Positions 63,521 through 64,000 of a stretch of 64,000 bases of DNA are shown one piece after another; position 1 is the stretch's first letter, and every line of letters starts with the position of its first letter. The stretch comes from Isurus oxyrinchus (taxonomy: Eukaryota): contig JANJGN010000014.1 in assembly GCA_026770705.1 (NCBI GenBank), positions 104,656,001 through 104,720,000 on the forward strand, in the 5' to 3' direction. The position numbers and the translations under genes were made by a program. Under the pieces are notes generated by a model that saw nothing but the letters and a program-made list of their open reading frames with translations, made no database searches and was not told the DNA's origin.

Positions 63521-64000
63521 CTGTACCAGGAAGATATAATAATTTTCATATTATTGGAATTTATTGTAGATAATAGTGGGGTCTGTGTCTATGTCTGTGT
63601 GTGTGTGACTTAATTGAATTAAAAGCAGCTGGACTGAAGGCTTTGATATAAAAGAAGATAAGTGTTAAGTAGGTAAATATAGGTGTAAATGGAACATTTG
63701 CATTTTTAAATAAACCAGGCTAGATAGACTTCAAAAAAAGGGGTGAAATGTTCCACCTAGCCATGAGAAGTTAAGAAACAGTGTGTTTATTTTTTCCCAA
63801 AGATTACTGGTAAAATTGATACTATGAAAGATTTTTATTATTAGAGATAAAGTCCAAAGACCTAGTGAAACAATGGGAAATTGCATTCAAAGGGAAAATA
63901 TGTATCAAGGAGCAAAGGCTGTGTGTAAGGGCATTCTAAGATCTAAAACAAGTATGAAAAAGCCTCCAGCATCTAAACCTCAAGCTGCTGTCTACAAAGA
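63521..64000. mobile_element. LTR-like family X, copy 3, opposite orientation, runs off the window end
   Basis: ttaattgaattaaaagcagctggactgaaggctttgat is the inverse of atcaaagcacccagactaactggctttaatccaattaa (about 59144-59181). Confidence 0.7.

Overview
Eukaryotic vertebrate genomic DNA. The repeat content suggests a shark or other cartilaginous fish (inference). Only two host exons are recognisable, arranged tail-to-tail with about 300 bp between their stop codons: the last coding exon of GPR39 (+, 34908-35494, TM6 to C-terminus) and the last coding exon of LYPD1 (-, 36025-35793, LU-domain end plus GPI signal). Everything to the left is probably the large GPR39 intron and everything to the right probably LYPD1 intron. 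Both are filled with mostly decayed and often nested mobile elements: CR1 LINEs, a second CR1/L2-group LINE with a partner SINE, two Penelope-like families carrying minimal hammerhead-ribozyme motifs, PIF/Harbinger transposons and their MITEs, a Gmr1-type Gypsy element, solo LTRs and tRNA-derived SINEs. The best leads are: (i) this GPR39 differs from the human receptor at two positions linked to constitutive activity and Zn2+ sensing; (ii) a 132-bp-arm Penelope palindrome containing hammerhead motifs; (iii) a CR1 carrying about 30 copies of a 35-bp 5' monomer. I found no convincing wholly new biological system. Family names come from remembered motifs, not database searches, and repeat boundaries are approximate unless a TSD or TIR is quoted.
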